The notes: generated from the letters alone by a model not told the origin. Positions 46,601 to 61,740 are shown, numbered from the stretch's first letter. The stretch is 64,000 bases of DNA from Eledone cirrhosa (GCA_964016885.1 OZ024743.1:137826001-137890000), one strand, 5' to 3'. A program made the numbers and translations.

Positions 46601-48700
46601 AGCAAACACCAATCACCAAATACCAGACACCAAACACCAAACAGAAAACACCAAACACCAAACAGCAAACACCAAACACCAAATACCAAACAGCAAACAC
46701 GAAACAGCAAACACCAAACAGCAGACACCAAACAGCAAACACCAAACACCAAGCACCAACCACCAAACACCAAGCACCAAGCAACAAACACCAATCACCA
46801 AGCACCGAGCACTAAAAACCAAACATCTAGCACCAAGCACCAAGCACCAAACACCAAGCACCAAGCACCAAGCACCAAACACCAAGCACCAAAGACCAAG
46901 CCCCAAATACCAAGCACCAAGCACCAAACACCAATCACCAGGCACCAAGCACCAAACACCAAGAACCAAGCACCAAGCACTAAACACCAAATACCAAGCA
47001 CCAAGCACCAAACACCAAACACCAAGCACCAAGTACCAAACTCCAAACACCAAACACCAAGCACCAAGCACCAAATCCCAAGCACCAAACACCAAGCACC
47101 AATCACCAAACACCAAACACCAAGCACCAAGCACCAAACACCAAAAACCAAGCACCAAGCACCAAGCACCAAACACCTAACGCCAAACACCGAAAACCAA
47201 GTACCAAGCACCAAACACCAAGCACCAAGCGTCAAAGACCAAACACCTAGCACCAAGCACGAAACACCAAGCACCAAGCACCGAGCACCAAACACCAAGT
47301 ACCAGGCACCAATCACCAAACACCAAGAACCAAGCACCAAACACCAGACAGCAAGCACCAAGCACCAAACACCAAACTCCAAGCACCAAGCACCAAACAC
47401 CAAGCACCAAGCGCCAAACACCAAACACCAAGCACCAAGCACCAAACACCAAGCACCAACCACCAAGCACCAAACACCAAGCACCAAGCACCAAACACCA
47501 AGCACCAATCACCAAACAGCAAACACCAAGCACCAAACACCAAACACCAAGCACCAAGCACCAAACACCAAGCACCAAGCACCAAACACCAAGCACCAAG
47601 CACCAAACACCAAAAACCAATCACCAAGCACCAAAGAGCAAACACCAAGCCCCAAGCACCAAACACAAAACACCAAATACCAAATAGCAAACACTAAACA
47701 CCAAACACCAAACAGCAAACACAAAACAACAAATAGCAAATACCAAACAGCGAACACCAAACACCAAACAGCAAACACCAAACACCAACCAGGAAACACC
47801 AAATACCAAGCACCAAACACCAAGCACCAAGCCCCAAGCACCAAACACCAAGCACCAAGCACCAAACACCAAGCACCAAGCACCAAGCACCATGCACCAA
47901 ACACCAAGCACCAAGCACCAAACAGCAAACACCAAACAGCAAACACCAAACACCAAACACCAACCAGCAAACACCAAACACCAAACAGCAAACACCAAAC
48001 AGCAAACACCAAACAGCAAACACCAAACACCAAACACCAAACACCAAACGCCAAAAAGTAAACGCCAAACCCCAAACGCCAAACAGCAAATGCCAAACCC
48101 CAAGCGCCAAACACCAAAGACCAAGCGCCAAGCAACAAACACCAAACACCAAGCACCAAGCACCAAACACCAAACACCAAGCACCAAGTACCAAACACCA
48201 AACACCAAGCACCAAACACCAAACAACAAACGCCAAAAAGCAAATGCCAAACCCCAAACGTCAAACAGCAAACGCCAAGGACCAAACACCAAACACCAAG
48301 CGCCAAGCACCAAATACCAAACACCAAGCACCAAGCACCAAACACCAAACACCAAGGACCAATCACCTAACACCAAGCACCAAGCGCCAAACACCAAAAA
48401 CCAAACACCTAGCACCAAGCACCAAGCACCAAACACCAAGCACCAAGCCCCAAGCACCAAACAGCAAGCACCCAGCACCATACACCAAACACCAAGCACC
48501 AAGCACCCAGAACAAAGCACCAAGCACCAAACACCAAACACCAAGCTCCAAGCACCAAACACCAAACACCAAGCACCAAGCACCAAGCACCAAGCACCAA
48601 ACACCAAACACCAAGCACCAAGCACCAAACACCAAGCACCAAGCGCCAAACACCAAACACCAAACACCTAGCACCAAGCACCAAGCACCGAACACCAAGC
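43640..48700. repeat. ~2.4-2.55-kb tandem duplication
   Basis: ORF pairs 43780/46320, 43853/46393 and 44073/46613 (2540); 45081/47509 and 45464/47892 (2428). CACCTAACGCCAAACACCGAAAACC at ~44627/~47174. Confidence 0.85.
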
Positions 48701-51700
48701 ACCAAACACCAAGCACCAAGCACCAAGCACCAAGCACCAAGCACCAAACACCAATCACCAAGCCCCAAGCACCAAACACCAAGCACCAAGCACCAAACAC
48801 TAAACACCAAGCACCAAGCACCCAGAACCAAGCACCAAGCACCAAACACCAAACACCAAGCACCAAGCACCAAACACCAAACACCAAGCACCAAGCACCA
48901 AGCACCAAGCACTAAACACCATACACCAAGCACCAAGCACCAATCACTAAACACTAAACACCAAGCACCAAGCACCAAACACAAACACCAAGCACCAAGT
49001 ACCAAACTCCAAACACCAAACACCAAGCACCAAGCACCAAATCCCAAGCACCAAACACCAAGCACCAAGCACCAAATCCCAAGCACCAAACACCATTCAC
49101 CATAAAACAAACACCAAACACCAAGCATGAAGCACCAAGCACCAAATACCAATCACCAAGCACCAAAGAGCAAACACCAAGCCCCAAGCACCAAACACCA
49201 AACACCAAACACCAAACAGCAAACACTAAACACCAAACACCAAAGAGCAAACACCAAACACCAAATAGCAAACACCAAACACCAACAAGGAAACACCAAA
49301 CAGCAAACACCAAACAGCAAACGCCAAACAGCAAACACAAACACCAAACACCAAACACCAAACACCAAACACCAAGCACCAAGCACAAAACACCAAGCAC
49401 CAAGCGCCAAGCACCAAACACCAAACACCAAACACCAAACACCAAACACCAATCACCAAACACCAGACACCAAACACCAAACAGCAAACACCAAACACCA
49501 AACAGCAAACACCAAACACCAAACACCAAACAGCAAACACCAAACAGCAAACACCAAACAGCAAACACCAAACAGCAAACAGCAAACACCAAACACCAAA
49601 CACCAAGCACCAAGCAGCAAACACCAACACCAAGCAACAAGCACCAATCACCAAGCACCAAGCACTAAACACCAAACACCTAGCACCAAGCACCAAGCAC
49701 CAAACACCAAGCACCAAGCACCAAGCACCAAACACCAAGCACCAAAGACCAAGCCCCAAATACCAAGCACCAAGCACCAAACACCAATCACCAGGCACCA
49801 AGCACCAAACACCAAGAACCAAGCACCAAGCACTAAACACCAAACACCAAGCACCAAGCACCAAACACCAAGAACCAAGCACCAAGCGCAAACACCGAAC
49901 ACCAAGCACCAAGCACCAAACACCAAGCACCAACCACCAAGCACCAAACACCAAGCACCAAGCACCAATCACCAAACACCAAGCACCAAGCACCAAACAC
50001 CAAACATCAAGCACCAAGCACCAAACACCAAACTACAAGCACCAAGCACCAAACACCAAATACCAAGCACCAACCACCAACCACCAAGCACCAAACACCA
50101 AGAACCAAGCACCAAGCACCAAACACCAAGCACCAAATACCAAGCACCAGACGCGAAGCACCAAGCACCAAGCACCAAAAACCAAGCACCAAGCTCCAAG
50201 CACCAAACACCAAGCACCAAACAACAAACACCAAGCACCAAGCACCAAACACCAAGCACCAAGCGCCAAAAACCAAACAATAAGCACCAAGCACCAAATA
50301 CCAAGCACCAAGCACCAAGCACCAAGCACCAAACACCAAACACCAAACACCAAACAGCAAACAGCAAACACCAAACACCAAACACCAAACAGCAAACGCC
50401 AAACATCAAACGCCAAACACCAAACGCCAAACAGCAAACGCCAAACACCAAACGCCAAACAGCAAGCGCCAAGCACGAAACGCCAAACACCAAGCACCAA
50501 GCACCAAACACCAAACACCTAGCACCAAGCACCAAACACCAAACACCAAGCACCAAGCACTAAACGCCAAACACCAAGCGCCAAGCACCAAGCACCAAAC
50601 ACCAAGCACCAAGCACCGAGCACCAGACACCAAACACCGAGCACCAAGCACCAAGCACCAAACACCAAGCCCCAAGCACCAAACACCAACCAGCAAACAC
50701 CAAACACCAAACACTAAAAAGCAAACACCAAACAGCAAACACCAAACAGAAACACCAAACACCAAACACCAAACAGCAAACGCCAAGCACCAAACGCCAA
50801 AAAGCAAATGCCAAATCCCAAACGCCAAACAGCAAACGCCATACCCCAAACGCCAAGCACCAAACACCGAACACCAAGCACCAAGCACCAAACACCAAAC
50901 ACCAAGCACCAATCACCAAGCACCAAACACCAATCACCAAGCCCCAAGCACCAAACACCAAGCGTCAAGCACCAAACACCAAACACCAAGCACCAAGCAC
51001 CCAGAACCAAGCACCAAGCACGAAACACCAAACACCAAGCACCAAGCACCAAACACCAAATACCAAGCACCAAGCACCAAGCACCAAGCACCAAACAGCA
51101 TACACCAAGCACCGAGCACCAAACACCAAAAACCAATCACCAAGCACCAAAGAGCAAACACCAAGCCCCAAGCACCAAACACCAAACACCAAACACCAAA
51201 CACTAAACAGCAAACACCAACCAGCAAACACCAAACAGCAAACACCAAACAGCAAACGCCAAACAGCAAACACAAACACCAAACACCAGGCACCAAGCAC
51301 CAAGAACCAAGCAGCAAACACCAAACACCAAGCACCAAGCACCAAACACCAAACACCAAGCACCAAGCACCAAACACCAAATACCAAGCACCAAGCACTA
51401 AACACCAAACACCAAACACCAAGCACCAAGCACTAAACACCAAACACCAAGCACTAAGCACCAAACACCAAACACCAAGCACCAAGTACCAAACTCCGAA
51501 CACCAAACACCAGGCAACATGCACCAAGAACCAAGCAGCAAACACCAAACACCAAGCACCAAGCACCAAGCACCAAACACCAAACACCAAACACCAAGCA
51601 CCAAGCACCAAACACCAAGCACCAAGCGCCAAAGACCAAACACCAAGCACCAAGCATGAAACACCAAGCACCAAGCACCGAGCACCAAACACCAAGTACC

Positions 51701-51879
51701 AAGCACCAATCACCAAACACCAAGAACCAAGCAGCAAACACCAAACACCAAGCACCAAGCACCAAACACCAAACACCAAGCACCAAGCACCAAACACCAA
51801 ATACCAAGCACCAAGCACTAAACACCAAACACCAAGCACCAAGCACCAAGCATCATGCACCAAGCACCAAACACCAAGC

Positions 51880-53140
51880 ACCAAGCACCAAGCACCAAGC
51901 ACCAAACACAAAACACCAAGTACCAAGCACCTACCACAAAACACCAAACACCAAACACCAAGCACCAGACACCAAGCACCAAGCACTAAGCACCAAGCAC
52001 CAAAAACCAAGCACCAAGCTCCAAGCACCAAACACCAAGCACCAAACACCAAACACCAAGCACCAAGCACCAAGCACCAAGCACCAAGCACCAAATACCA
52101 AGCACCAAGCAACAAGCACCAAACACCAAACACCAAACACCAAACACCAAACACCAAGCACCAAACACCAAACACCAAGCACCAATCACCAAACACCAAA
52201 CACCAAGCACCAAGCACCAAACACCAAGCACCAAGCACCAAAGAGAAAAAAACCAAGCACCAAGCATCAAACACCAAACACCAAACACCACACAGCAAAC
52301 AGCAAACAGCAAACACCAAACAGCAAACACCAAATAGCAAACACCAAACAGCAAACACCAAACACCAAACAGCAAACACTAAACACCAAACACCAAGCAC
52401 CAAGCACCAAGCACCAAACAACAAGCACCAAGCACCAAGCACCAAGCACCAAACACCAAACACCAATCGCCAAACACCAAACACCAAGCATCAAGCACCA
52501 AACACCAAACACCAAGCACCAAGCACCAAGCACCAAACACAAAACACCAAGTACCAAGCACCTACCACAAAACACCAAACACCAAACACCAAGCACCAGA
52601 CACCAAGCACCAAGCACTAAGCACCAAGCACCAAAAACCAAGCACCAAGCTCCAAGCACCAAACACCAAGCACCAAGCACCAAGCACCAAACACCAAGCA
52701 CCAAGCACCAAGCACCAAACACCAAGCACCAAGCACCAACCACCAAGCAGCAAGCACCAAGCACCAAGCACCAAACACCAAGCACCAAGCACCAAACACC
52801 AAACACCACGCACCAATCACCAAACACCAAACACCAAGCACCAAGCACCAAACACCAAGCACCAAGCACCAAAGAGAAAAAAACCAAGCACCAAGCATCA
52901 AACACCAAACACCAAACACCACACAGCAAACAGCAAACAGCAAACACCAAACAGCAAACACCAAATAGCAAACACCAAACAGCAAACACCAAACACCAAA
53001 TAGCAAACACTAAACACCAAACACCAAGCACCAAGCACCAAGCACCAAACAACAAGCACCAAGCACCAAGCACCAAGCACCAAACACCAAACACCAATCG
53101 CCAAACACCAAACACCAAGCATCAAGCACCAAACACCAAA
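51880..53140. repeat. 631-bp tandem duplication nested in copy 1 of the 6.75-kb unit
   Basis: ORF pairs 51931/52562, 51986/52617, 52267/52898 and 52379/53010 are all offset 631. CACCTACCACAAAA and GAG-A(n) markers are each doubled. Confidence 0.88.
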
Positions 53141-56100
53141 CACCAAGCACCAAGCACCAAGCACCAAGCACCAAACACCAAGCACCAAGCACCAATCACC
53201 AAACACCAAACACCAGGCGCCAAACACCAAACAGCAAACACCAATCACCAAACACCAAACACCAAACAGCAAACACCAATCACCAAACAACAAACACCAA
53301 ACACCAAACAGTAAACACCAAACACCAAACAGCAAACACCAAACACCAAACACCAAACAGCAAACACCAAACACCAAACACCAAACACCAAACACCAAAC
53401 AAACAGCAAACAGCAAACACCAAACAGCAAACAGCAAACACCAAACACCAAACAACAAACGCCAAACAGCAAATGCCAGCCACCAGATGCCTAACAGCAA
53501 ACGCCAAACACCAAACGCCAAACAGCAAACACCAAACACCAAACAGCAAACACCAAACACCAAACACACATTAGCAAACACCAAACAGCAAACACCAAAC
53601 AACAAACACCAAACAGCAAACACCAAACAGCAAACAGCAAACACCAAACACCAAACACCAAGCACCAAGCACCAAACACCAAGCACCAATCAACAAGCAC
53701 CAATCACCAAGCACCAAGCACTAAACACCAAACACCAAGCACCAAGCACCAAGCACCAAACACCAAGCACAAAGCACCAAGCACCAAACGCCAAGCAACA
53801 AGCACCAAACACCAAGCACCAAGCACCAAGCACCAAACACCAAGCACCAAAGACCAAGCACCAAATACCAAGCACCAAGCACCAAACACCAATCACCAAG
53901 CACCAAGCACCAAACACCAAGAACCAAGCACCAATCACTAAACACTAAACACCAAGCACCAAGCACCAAACACAAACACCAAGCACCAAGTACCAAACTC
54001 CAATCACCAAACACCAAGCACCAAGCACCAAATCCCAAGCACCAAACACCATGCACCATAAAACAAACACCAAACACCAAGCATGAAGCAAAAAGCACCA
54101 AATACCAAACACCAAACACCAAGCACCACATCAAACACCAAGCACCAAGCACCAATCGCCAAGCACCAAGCACCAAGCAACAAACACAAAGCACCAAACA
54201 CCAAGCACCAAGCACCAAGCACCAAACACCAAGCACCAAGCACCCAACACCAAACACCAATCACCAAGCACCAAAGAGCAAACACCAAGCCCCAAGCACC
54301 AAACACCCAACACCAAACACCAAACATCAAACACCAATCACGAATCACCAAACAGCAAACAGCAAACACCAAACACCAAACACCAAGCACCAAGCACCAA
54401 ACACCAAACACCAAGCACTAAGCACCAAACACCAAATACCAAGCACCAAGCACTAAACACGAAACACCAAGCACCAAGCACCAAGCACCAAGCACCAAAC
54501 ACCAAGCACCAAGCACCAAGCACCAAACACCAAGCACTAAGCACCAAACACCAAACACCAAGCACCAAACACCAAGCACCAAACACCAAGCACCAAGCAC
54601 CAAGCACCAGACACCAAGCACCAAGCACCAAACACCAAGCACCAAACACCAAGCACCAAGCACCAAACACCAAACATCAAGCACCAAGCACCAAACACCA
54701 AACACCAAGCACCAAGCACCAAGCACCAAGCACCAAGCACCAAACACCAAAGCACCAAGCACCAAACAGCAAACACCAAGCACCAAACACCAAACACCAA
54801 GTACCAAGCACCAAACACCAAACACCAAGCACCAAACACCAAGCACCAAGCCCCAAGCACCAAACACCAAGCACCAAGCACCAAACACCAAGCACCAAGC
54901 ACCAAGCACCATACACCAAACACCAAGCACCAAGCACCAAACACCAAACACCAAACAGCAAACACCAAACACCAAACACCAACCGGCAAACACCAAACAC
55001 CAAACACCAAACAGCAAACACCAAACATCAAACGCCAAACAGCAAATGCCAAACCCCAAACGCCAAACAGCAAACGCCAAGCGCCAAACACCAAACACCA
55101 AGCGCCAAGCACCAAATACCAAACACCAAGCACCAAGCACCAAGTACCAAACACCAAGCACCAATCACCAAACACCAAGCACCAAGTGCCAAACACCAAA
55201 CACCAAACACCTAGCACCAAGTACCAAGCACCAAACACCAAGCACCAAACACCAGGCACCAAGCACCAAGCACCAAACACCAAGCACCAAACACCAAGCA
55301 CCAGACACCAAGCACCAAGCTCCAAGCACCAAGCACCAAAAACCAAGCACCAAGCTCCAAGCACCAAACACCAAGCACCAAACACCAAACACCAAGCACC
55401 AAGCACCAAACACCAAGCACCAAGCGCCAAACACCAAACACCAAGCACCAAGCACCAAATACCAAGCACCAAGCACCAAGCACCAAGCACCAAACACCAA
55501 ACACCAAGCACCAAACACCAAGCACCAGACACCAAGCACCAAGCTCCAAGCACCAAGCACCAAAAACCAAGCACCAAGCTCCAAGCACCAAACAACAAGC
55601 ACCAAACACCAAACACCAAGCACCAAGCACCAAACACCAAGCACCAAGCGCCAAACACCAAACACCAAGCACCAAGCACCAAATACCAAGCACCAAGCAC
55701 CAAGCACCAAACACCAAACACCAAACACCAAACACCAAACACCAAGCACCAAACACAAACACCAAGCACCAAGTACCAAACTCCAAACACCAAACACCAA
55801 GCACCAAGCACCAAATCCCAAGCACCAAACACCAAGCACCAAGCACCAAATCCCAAGCACCAAACACCATTCACCATAAAACAAACACCAAACACCAAGC
55901 ATGAAGCACCAAGCACCAAATACCAATCACCAAGCACCAAAGAGCAAACACCAAGCCCCAAGCACCAAACACCTAACACCAAACACCAAAGAGCAAACAC
56001 TAAACACCAAACACCAAAGAGCAAACACCAAACACCAAATAGCAAACACCAAACACCAACAAGGAAACACCAAACAGCAAACACCAAACAGCAAACGCCA

Positions 56101-58649
56101 AACAGCAAACACAAACACCAAACACCAAACACCAAACACCAAACACCAAGCACCAAGCACAAAACACCAAGCACCAAGCGCCAAGCACCAAACGCCAAAC
56201 ACCAAACACCAAACACCAAACACCAATCACCAAACACCAGACACCAAACACCAAACAGTAAACACCAAACACCAAACAGCAAACACCAAACACCAAACAC
56301 CAAACATCAAACACAAAACAGCAAACACCAAACAGCAAACACCAAACAGGAAACAGCAAACACCAAACACCAAACACCAAGCACCAAGCAGCAAACACCA
56401 ACACCAAGCAACAAGCACCAATCACCAAGCACCAAGCACTAAACACCAAACACCTAGCACCAAGCACCAAGCACCGAACACCAAGCACCAAGCACCAAGC
56501 ACCAAACACCAAGCACCAAAGACCAAGCCCCAAATACCAAGCACCAAGCACCAAACACCAATCACCAGGCACCAAGCACCAAACACCAAGAACCAAGCAC
56601 CAAGCACTAAACACCAAACACCAAGCACCAAGCACCAAACACGAAGAACCAAGCACCAAGCGCAAACACCGAACACCAAGCACCAACCACCAAGCACCAA
56701 ACACCAAGCACCAAGCACCAATCACCAAACACCAAGCACCAAGCACCAAACACCAAACATCAAGCACCAAGCACCAAACACCAAACTACAAGCACCAAGC
56801 ACCAAACACCAAATACCAAGCACCAACCACCAACCACCAAGCACCAAACACCAAGAACCAAGCACCAAGCACCAAACACCAAGCACCAAATACCAAGCAC
56901 CAGACGCGAAGCACCAAGCACCAAGCACCAAAAACCAAGCACCAAGCTCCAAGCACCAAACACCAAGCACCAAACAACAAACACCAAGCACCAAGCACCA
57001 AACACCAAGCACCAAGCGCCAAAAACCAAACAATAAGCACCAAGCACCAAATACCAAGCACCAAGCACCAAGCACCAAGCACCAAACACCAAACACCAAA
57101 CACCAAACAGCAAACAGCAAACACCAAACACCAAACACCAAACAGCAAACGCCAAACATCAAACGCCAAACACCAAACGCCAAACAGCAAACGCCAAACA
57201 CCAAACGCCAAACAGCAAGCGCCAAGCACGAAACGCCAAACACCAAGCACCAAGCACCAAACACCAAACACCTAGCACCAAGCACCAAACACCAAACACC
57301 AAGCACCAAGCACTAAACGCCAAACACCAAGCGCCAAGCACCAAGCACCAAACACCAAGCACCAAGCACCGAGCACCAGACACCAAACACCGAGCACCAA
57401 GCACCAAGCACCAAACACCAAGCCTCAAGCACCAAACACCAACCAGCAAACACCAAACACCAAACACTAAAAAGCAAACACCAAACAGCAAACACCAAAC
57501 AGAAACACCAAACACCAAACACCAAACAGCAAACGCCAAGCACCAAACGCCAAAAAGCAAATGCCAAAACCCAAACGTCAAACAGCAAACGCCATACCCC
57601 AAACGCCAAGCACCAAACACCGAACACCAAGCACCAAGCACCAAACACCAAACACCAAGCACCAATCACCAAGCACCAAACACCAATCACCAAGCCCCAA
57701 GCACCAAACACCAAGCGTCAAGCACCAAACACCAAACACCAAGCACCAAGCACCCAGAACCAAGCACCAAGCACGAAACACCAAACACCAAGCACCAAGC
57801 ACCAAACACCAAATACCAAGCACCAAGCACCAAGCACCAAGCACCAAACAGCATACACCAAGCACCGAGCACCAAACACCAAAAACCAATCACCAAGCAC
57901 CAAAGAGCAAACACCAAGCCCCAAGCACCAAACACCAAACACCAAACACCAAACACTAAACAGCAAACACCAACCAGCAAACACCAAACAGCAAACACCA
58001 AACAGCAAACGCCAAACAGCAAACACAAACACCAAACACCAGGCACCAAGCACCAAGAACCAAGCAGCAAACACCAAACACCAAGCACCAAGCACCAAAC
58101 ACCAAACACCAAGCACCAAGCACCAAACACCAAATACCAAGCACCAAGCACTAAACACCAAACACCAAACACCAAGCACCAAGCACTAAACACCAAACAC
58201 CAAGCACCAAGCACCAAACACCAAACACCAAGCACCAAGTACCAAACTCCGAACACCAAACACCAGGCAACATGCACCAAGAACCAAGCAGCAAACACCA
58301 AACACCAAGCACCAAGCACCAAGCACCAAACACCAAACACCAAACACCAAGCACCAAGCACCAAACACCAAGCACCAAGCGCCAAAGACCAAACACCAAG
58401 CACCAAGCATGAAACACCAAGCACCAAGCACCGAGCACCAAACACCAAGTACCAAGCACCAATCACCAAACACCAAGAACCAAGCAGCAAACACCAAACA
58501 CCAAGCACCAAGCACCAAACACCAAACACCAAGCACCAAGCACCAAACACCAAATACCAAGCACCAAGCACTAAACACCAAACACCAAGCACCAAGCACC
58601 AAGCATCATGCACCAAGCACCAAACACCAAGCACCAAGCACCAAACACC

Positions 58650-59870
58650 AAGCACCAAGCACCAAGCACCAAGCACCAAACACAAAACACCAAGTACCAA
58701 GCACCTACCACAAAACACCAAACACCAAACACCAAGCACCAGACACCAAGCACCAAGCACTAAGCACCAAGCACCAAAAACCAAGCACCAAGCTCCAAGC
58801 ACCAAACACCAAGCACCAAACACCAAACACCAAGCACCAAGCACCAATCACCAAGCACCAAGCACCAAATACCAAGCACCAAGCAACAAGCACCAAACAC
58901 CAAACACCAAACACCAAACACCAAACACCAAGCACCAAACACCAAACACCAAGCACCAATCACCAAACACCAAACACCAAGCACCAAGCACCAAACACCA
59001 AGCACCAAGCACCAAAGAGAAAAAACCAAGCACCAAGCATCAAACACCAAACACCAAACACCACACAGCAAACAGCAAACAGCAAACACCAAACAGCAAA
59101 CACCAAATAGCAAACACCAAACAGCAAACACCAAACACCAAACAGCAAACACTAAACACCAAACACCAAGCACCAAGCACCAAGCACCAAACAACAAGCA
59201 CCAAGCACCAAGCACCAAGCACCAAACACCAAACACCAATCGCCAAACACCAAACACCAAGCATCAAGCACCAAACACCAAACACCAAGCACCAAGCACC
59301 AAGCACCAAACACAAAACACCAAGTACCAAGCACCTACCACAAAACACCAAACACCAAACACCAAGCACCAGACACCAAGCACCAAGCACTAAGCTCCAA
59401 GCACCAAACACCAAGCACCAAGCACCAAGCACCAAACACCAAGCACCAAGCACCAAGCACCAAACACCAAGCACCAAGCACCAACCACCAAGCAGCAAGC
59501 ACCAAGCACCAAGCACCAAACACCAAGCACCAAGCACCAAACACCAAACACCAAGCACCAATCACCAAACACCAAACACCAAGCACCAAGGACCAAAGAG
59601 AAAAAAAACCAAGCACCAAGCATCAAACACCAAACACCAAACACCACACAGCAAACAGCAAACAGCAAACACCAAACAGCAAACACCAAATAGCAAACAC
59701 CAAACAGCACACACCAAACACCAAACAGCAAACACTAAACACCAAACACCAAGCACCAAGCACCAAGCACCAAACAACAAGCACCAAGCACCAAGCACCA
59801 AGCACCAAACACCAAACACCAATCGCCAAACACCAAACACCAAGCATCAAGCACCAAACACCAAACACCA
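58650..59870. repeat. Homologous ~580-630-bp nested duplication in copy 2 of the 6.75-kb unit
   Basis: ORF pairs 58705/59335 (630), and 59040/59623 and 59152/59735 (583). Same markers as 51880-53140. Confidence 0.85.
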
Positions 59871-61084
59871 AGCACCAAGCACCAAGCACCAAGCACCAAA
59901 CACCAAGCACCAAGCACCAATCACCAAACACCAAACACCAGGCACCAAACACCAAACAGCAAACACCAATCACCAAACACCAAACACCAAACAGCAAACA
60001 CCAATCACCAAACAACAAACACCAAACACCAAACAGTAAACACCAAACACCAAACAGCAAACACCAAACACCAAACACCAAACAGCAAACACCAAACACC
60101 AAACACCAAACACCAAACACCAAACAAACAGCAAACAGCAAACACCAAACAGCAAACAGCAAACACCAAACACCAAACAACAAACGCCAAACAGCAAATG
60201 CCAGCCACCAGATGCCTAACAGCAAACGCCAAACACCAAACGCCAAACAGCAAACACCAAACACCAAACAGCAAACACCAAACACCAAACACCAAATAGC
60301 AAACACCAAACAGCAAACACCAAACAACAAACACCTAACAGTAAACACCAAACAGCAAACAGCAAACACCAAACACCAAACACCAAGCACCAAGCACCAA
60401 ACACCAAGCACCAATCAACAAGCACCAATCACCAAGCACCAAGCACTAAACACCAAACACCAAGCACCAAGCACCAAGCACCAAACACCAAGCACAAAGC
60501 ACCAAGCACCAAACACCAAGCACCAAAGACCAAGCACCAAATACCAAGCACCAAGCACCAAACACCAATCACCAAGCACCAAGCACCAAACACCAAGAAC
60601 CAAGCACCAATCACTAAACACTAAACACCAAGCACCAAGCACCAAACACAAACACCAAGCACCAAGTACCAAACTCCAAACACCAAACACCAAGCACCAA
60701 GCACCAAATCCCAAGCACCAAACACCATGCACCATAAAACAAACACCAAACACCAAGCATGAAGCACCAAGCACCAAATACCAAACACCAAACACCAAGC
60801 ACCACATCAAACACCAAGCACCAAGCACCAATCGCCAAGCACCAAGCACCAAGCAACAAACACAAAGCACCAAACACCAAGCACCAAGCACCAAGCACCA
60901 AACACCAAGCACCAAGCACCCAACACCAAACACCAATCACCAAGCACCAAAGAGCAAACACCAAGCCCCAAGCACCAAACACCCAACACCAAACACCAAA
61001 CATCAAACACCAATCACGAATCACCAAACAGCAAACAGCAAACAGCAAACACCAAACACCAAGCACCAAGCACCAAACACCAAA

Positions 61085-61740
61085 CACCAAGCACTAAGCA
61101 CCAAACACCAAATACCAAGCACCAAGCACTAAACACGAAACACCAAGCACCAAGCACCAAGCACCAAACACCAAGCACCAAGCACCAAGCACCAAACACC
61201 AAGCACTAAGCACCAAACACCAAACACCAAGCACCAAACACCAAGCACCAAACACCAAGCACCAAGCACCAAGCACCAGACACCAAGCACCAAGCACCAA
61301 ACACCAAGCACCAAACACCAAGCACCAAGCACCAAACACCAAACATCAAGCACCAAGCACCAAACACCAAACACCAAGCACCAAGCACCAAGCACCAAGC
61401 ACCAAGCACCAAACACAAAGCACCAAGCACCAAACACCAAACACCAAGCACCAAGCACCAAGCACCAAGCACCAAGCACCAAACACCAAGCACCAAGCAC
61501 CAAACACCAAACATCAAGCACCAAGCACCAAACACCAAACACCAAGCACCAAGCACCAAGCACCAAGCACCAAGCACCAAACACCAAGCACTAAGCACCA
61601 AACACCAAATACCAAGCACCAATCACTAAACACGAAACACCAAGCACCAAGCACCAAGCACCAAACACCAAGCACCAAGCACCAAGCACCAAACACCAAG
61701 CACTAAGCACCAAACACCAAACACCAAGCACCAAACACCA
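61085..61740. repeat. 497-bp offset and 168-bp duplications seen only in copy 2 of the 6.75-kb unit
   Basis: ORF ends 61094/61591, 61129/61626 and 61206/61703 are offset 497 (71x7). CATCAAG at ~61344 and ~61512 (168 = 24x7). Confidence 0.7.

Larger units (their letters stand above)
23900..49300. repeat. Middle domain with a ~1.1-1.9-kb (typically ~1.5-kb) higher-order repeat marked by GAGCAAA / TAGCAAA / CCAGGAAA
   Basis: CCAGGAAA at 24007, 25616, 26973, 28478, 30073, 31333, 32697, 34503(+34517), 36413(+36427), 38127, 39674, 41199, 42766, 43913, 45361, 46453 and 47789; variant CAAGGAAA at 49286. Confidence 0.85.

Noticed and set aside
53467-53500. Apparent foreign insert TGCCAGCCACCAGATGCCTAA (also at 60199)
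   Set aside because: It parses in phase as mutated monomers TGCCAGC-CACCAGA-TGCCTAA between CAGCAAA units.
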